Assembly (NCBI GenBank): GCA_964035545.1 | Contig: OZ037768.1 | Coordinates: forward strand, 2,326,741 to 2,390,740 | DNA length: 64,000 nt | Origin: Bugula neritina | Taxonomy: Eukaryota > Animalia > Bryozoa | Reading direction: 5' to 3' | In this document: positions 53,795 to 64,000 of the stretch, in pieces | Numbering within the stretch: the first letter of the stretch is position 1 | How the letters are laid out: the number at the start of each line of letters is the position of its first letter | Position numbers and translations under genes: made by a program | The notes under the pieces: generated by a model | What the model was told of the DNA's origin: nothing | The model's database searches: none | The model's input: only the letters and a program-made list of their open reading frames with translations

Positions 53795-54275
53795 ACCAGC
53801 CGTGTGTGCAGAAACAATATTATCTCTAACAAAATATAAGTGAAATATATGTAAAGGCTTTAATCTCGTTTGGAAGACCAAAAGATGACAACATGCAAAT
53901 GTGTTGTGTACAATACCCTTCTAATAAAAGATAAATGAAGGTTTCAATCCTCTTTGAAATACCAATATAAGACAATATTTATAGTAGTGTGCAGACACAA
54001 CATTAATTCTAACAAAAGATAAGTGAAATATGGAGGTTTCAATCACTGAGTTAAAACTTATATGTCAAAGGCTTCAATCTTATTTGGAAGACCAAATGAT
54101 GACAACATTTATAGCGGTGTGAAAACACAATACTAATTCTAACAAAGGATAAATGAAATATCGTGGTTTTATCTTTTGTGGAGAGCCGAAAGATGACAAC
54201 ATGCATAATCTGCGCACAATATTATTTCTAATAAAAGATAAGTGAAGATTTTAATTCTGCTTGGAATGTCAATAG
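53795..54275. repeat. Degenerate long-unit tandem repeat, about 5 copies
   Basis: Recurrent ACAATATTAxTCTAACAAAAGATAAGTGAA...TTTCAATC...TTGGAAGACCAAAxGATGACAACAT blocks. Confidence 0.7.
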
Positions 54276-54466
54276 AAGCCGTAACCATGGTGATATAAAA
54301 ATAACTCAAATCTCTCCTTCAAAGCCGCATATAATGAGTTCTAAACATCAAAAAGTAAAAGTCTCAATTTGTGCAAGTTTCTCAATATAAACAAATTTCA
54401 ATATTCTATGGACAGCATTTATATAGTTTAAAAACATTAGTTTTATTATGCAATAACAGGTTTAAA

Positions 54467-61146
<6,680 letters not shown>

Positions 61147-61795
61147 GGTATAACTCTAAACCTACAAAATAGCAAGTACAAAAAATGATGCATAATCATC
61201 AGAAACATTATTGTCCAATTATATGCTTTTTAAAATACCGGTTTTTACTTGACTTATCCATACTGTACTCTTTAAAACATTGCGTTTTAGAAAATAAAAA
61301 GGGGAGGGCGTAGCATAATATGCTTCATAACAACTTTACTTAACTTGGAACTTAACCTATTCAAAATGTTAGTATGTTAGTATCTCCTCATTGTCACAAT
61401 CACATAAGACTCAATATTTGTGTTAATGCTTTAAATTTCCATTACGTACTTGCGATAGCCTGATTTTCATACTGTCATAACATAAAGGAGCTATAAAGTT
61501 GTGTTATATGTAACTGCCTATAGTACTGCAGCTTGTTTTCTTATATTTAGGCATCTTGGTTTAAAACTCAAAGAGCAGACTGACTGCAAGCTTTGAAACC
61601 CACAAATAAGTAGCTGTTAGCACAATGTGTTCTATGAAACACTAGAATTGCCTATAGCTTACATATAGGCTAGTTTCTTTTAGAATTTAACAGCTATTCT
61701 CAGTTAATTTCACAACTTGCCTTACCCTAACCAAATGCAGATTTATTAGCATATAGGTTGGCCCACACTCTTACATGTCTTTGTAATTCTATGCC

Positions 61796-61890
61796 TGGGT
61801 AAATCTTCCTTCACTAGGTATGGGTAAATCTTCCTTCATTCACTAGGTGTAGGTAAATCTTCTTTCATTCACCAGATGTAGGTAAATCTC
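61796..61890. repeat. ~26-30-bp tandem repeat (GGTAAATCTTCCTTCATTCACTAGGTGTA), about 3.5 copies
   Basis: Direct copies between the NSUN2 3' end and the sulfotransferase 5' end. Confidence 0.75.
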
Positions 61891-62699
61891 ATGGATACAA
61901 AAGGTCATGAGTTTCACTCCGCTAGTACTACTAGTGAGTGAATACATTACTAGTCTAACACTCAACAAATGGCTTTCTATTGTATGAATTCATTTCTTGT
62001 TTGCTTTGCTTTGTACTGCTCACAATAGAGCCTGTGGCTATCATTGTATGTATTTGTTATCATTCCTCTCATATTACTCTCAACTAGGATAGAATACCTA
62101 GAATAATTTTTAAAACTCAAAGAAATGCATTAAAACTGAAGTAAAGATGAAGTTGCAACATTTGAGGTCTCAATAGGTTTTTAATTTGCTTAAATTTCAT
62201 TTACAAGAATGTAAAAGGCTGCCGTACTAATTATTCATTGGTAGGAAACACTGGTTAATATAGTTGAAATTATTACCCAGTTTACATTAAAATTATTGAG
62301 TAAATTTAAAAAATGATTACTACAAGACCAAATTTGTTACATGAAACCTTTAACGTGTAAACAGAGTAAATTCAGATATTGTAACAGTAGAATATTATAA
62401 TACCTAAATTATTCACTAGCTTATATACAGATGTATATTACATAAGCAAAGATAATTACAACAGGAAACTACACTAGTAATATTTTTAGAAAAAAATTCA
62501 TAAATTAATTTATGATTTTTATACAAAAAATATAATAAAATGTAATTAAAATACTCCATCAGTTTTAATAGCACTGGCAATTGAAACCTAAGAGATTAGA
62601 GTCAAAGTAAAGAATATAGTAAATGTTGTTGCCATCAGTAACAGGCCCTACATAGGTGGTATCCATATAGAGGCATACACAGTGTTATAATGCATTGGT

Positions 62700-63798
62700 C
62701 TAACTGTCAGCGGGAGTTACTTCCTCTACGTCATCCTTGGGCAGATCTTCAGCATTGGCAGCGGTGATTTCAGGTCCTGTTTTCCCTTTGATCGCCCATT
62801 CGGCATCAATGAGAGCTGCAAACACAGGAATCGTATAAAGTATGATATAATGTATAGAGACATGGATCACCTAGGCCTGTTTATTGTATTTACTAAATAA
62901 TGTTTGAGCTGCTTCAGTCTCTGTACAATATCAAAGAACATCAGTGCCTTTTCTGTACTTCCTTATTCATCTTTTCGCTGGTGATATAAAACCCACCCAA
63001 CACATGTAAAACACTCTGAGTGTATGGAGATAAAGTGTAGGGAGGGAAGGTATAGGGAGGGAAGGTGTAGGGAGGGAAGGTGTAGGGAGGGAAGTTGTAG
63101 GGAGAGAAGGTATAGGTGGGAAGGTGTAGGGAAGGAAGGTGTAGGGAGAGAAGGTGCAGAGAAGGTGCAGGGAAGGAAGGTGTAGGGAGGGAAGGTGTAG
63201 GGGGGAAGGTGTAGGGGGGGAAAGTATAGGGAGGAAGGTGTAGGGAGGGAAGGTGTAGGGAGGGAAGGTGTAGGGAGGGAAGGTGTAGGGGGGAAGGTGT
63301 AGGGGGGGAAAGTATAGGGATGGAAGGTGTAGGGAGGGAAGGTGTAGGGAGGGAAGGTGTAGGGGGGAAGGTGTAGGGAGGGAAGGCTCACCTTTGTCTG
63401 GGTCTACGCCACACAGGCGGAGAATGTGATGTCTCTCAAACTTGGGTACATAAACTCTACACGATGTCTTTCCTCTCCAACCAGTCATCAGAATAGGAGA
63501 CTCTGTGCCCGTGTTACTAAATTTCAAAGCAAGCATGTCAAAAAATGGAGTGCACTAATTTATAAATACAAGCAAAATTGAAAATTCAGAAATTAGCCAA
63601 AAAATAGCTGAAATTTAACCTGTCTTTATGAAGATATCGCATCACCAAGCCTCCCATGTCCATCTTCAGCATATTAGATTGAGTATTTGGTGCGAGTCTC
63701 GAGAAAAACGGATTTTCTTGTGTTAATAATTCAATGACATCTGCTTTTTCAATATCCACACGTCTCCCATGGACAAACTGATCCACACTTGATATACC
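62700..63798 (-). CDS. NSUN2: NSUN2 tRNA (cytosine-5)-methyltransferase, last three coding exons (gene continues beyond the window)
   Basis: Exons 63620-63798, 63392-63516, 62700-62815 encode ELLTQENPFFSRL...PILMTGWRGKTSCRVYVPKFERHHILRLCG, matching the NSUN2 C-terminus (LLTQENPFF, GWRGKASIRTFVPKNER). Confidence 0.88.
63034..63386. repeat. G-rich 15-bp minisatellite (GGAAGGTGTAGGGAG)n in the last NSUN2 intron
   Basis: More than 20 tandem units starting a few bases inside the donor at 63391. Confidence 0.92.
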
Positions 63799-63922
63799 CT
63801 ACAGGATTTATAACAAAAAAAGATTCATGTATGATGATGAGGTGATAAAAATGTAGAGTATTCTAGTAGAGACTAGGCAGATGTGTAGACACATTGATTA
63901 TCATGTCCCTATTAAAAGTAAT

Positions 63923-63930
63923 AAAAAAAA
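63923..63930 (-). terminator. Pol III oligo-T terminator of tRNA-Asn
   Basis: A T8 run on the minus strand starts 6 nt downstream of the tRNA 3' end. Confidence 0.75.
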
Positions 63931-63935
63931 TTTAT

Positions 63936-63942
63936 CGTCCCT

Positions 63943-64000
<58 letters not shown>
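63936..64000 (-). tRNA. tRNA-Asn (GTT), 5' end cut by the window edge
   Basis: Reverse complement GCGCAATCGGTTAGCGCGTTCGGCTGTTAACCGAAAGGTTGGTGGTTCAAGCCCACCCAGGGACG is a canonical metazoan tRNA-Asn. Confidence 0.95.

Noticed and set aside
62963-63391. Pro-rich ORFs across the G-rich minisatellite
   Set aside because: The repeat lies in an NSUN2 intron bounded by a clear GTGAG donor and CAG acceptor.

Overview
AT-rich, intron-containing animal genomic DNA, most likely an invertebrate since it carries AA15 LPMOs; the species cannot be assigned from this window. Hand-spliced gene models: (1) a 20-exon catalytically dead DPP6/DPP10-like dipeptidyl-peptidase homologue on + (1747-25950), with two alternative first exons; (2) an ER-type triple-FKBP/EF-hand/HDEL gene on - nested in its intron 15; (3) a two-exon Pro-rich orphan ORF on + nested in an intron of that FKBP, giving three-level nesting; (4) a duplicated FKBP paralogue on - that has swapped the EF-hands and HDEL for a (PATxA)n mucin-like stalk plus a 6-Cys module; (5) two convergent AA15-type lytic polysaccharide monooxygenase (LPMO) genes ending in the same 6-Cys module, one with a broken splice donor; (6) a CHST11/HNK-1ST-family carbohydrate sulfotransferase; (7) the 3' exons of NSUN2 with an intronic tRNA-Asn. 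A tRNA-derived SINE with target-site duplication, a MITE-like element, a long hairpin and several micro/minisatellites are also present. The best candidate for a new system is a secreted FKBP prolyl-isomerase/chaperone carrying the same putative chitin-binding module as the neighbouring LPMOs. All models were read by eye; no database search was run.
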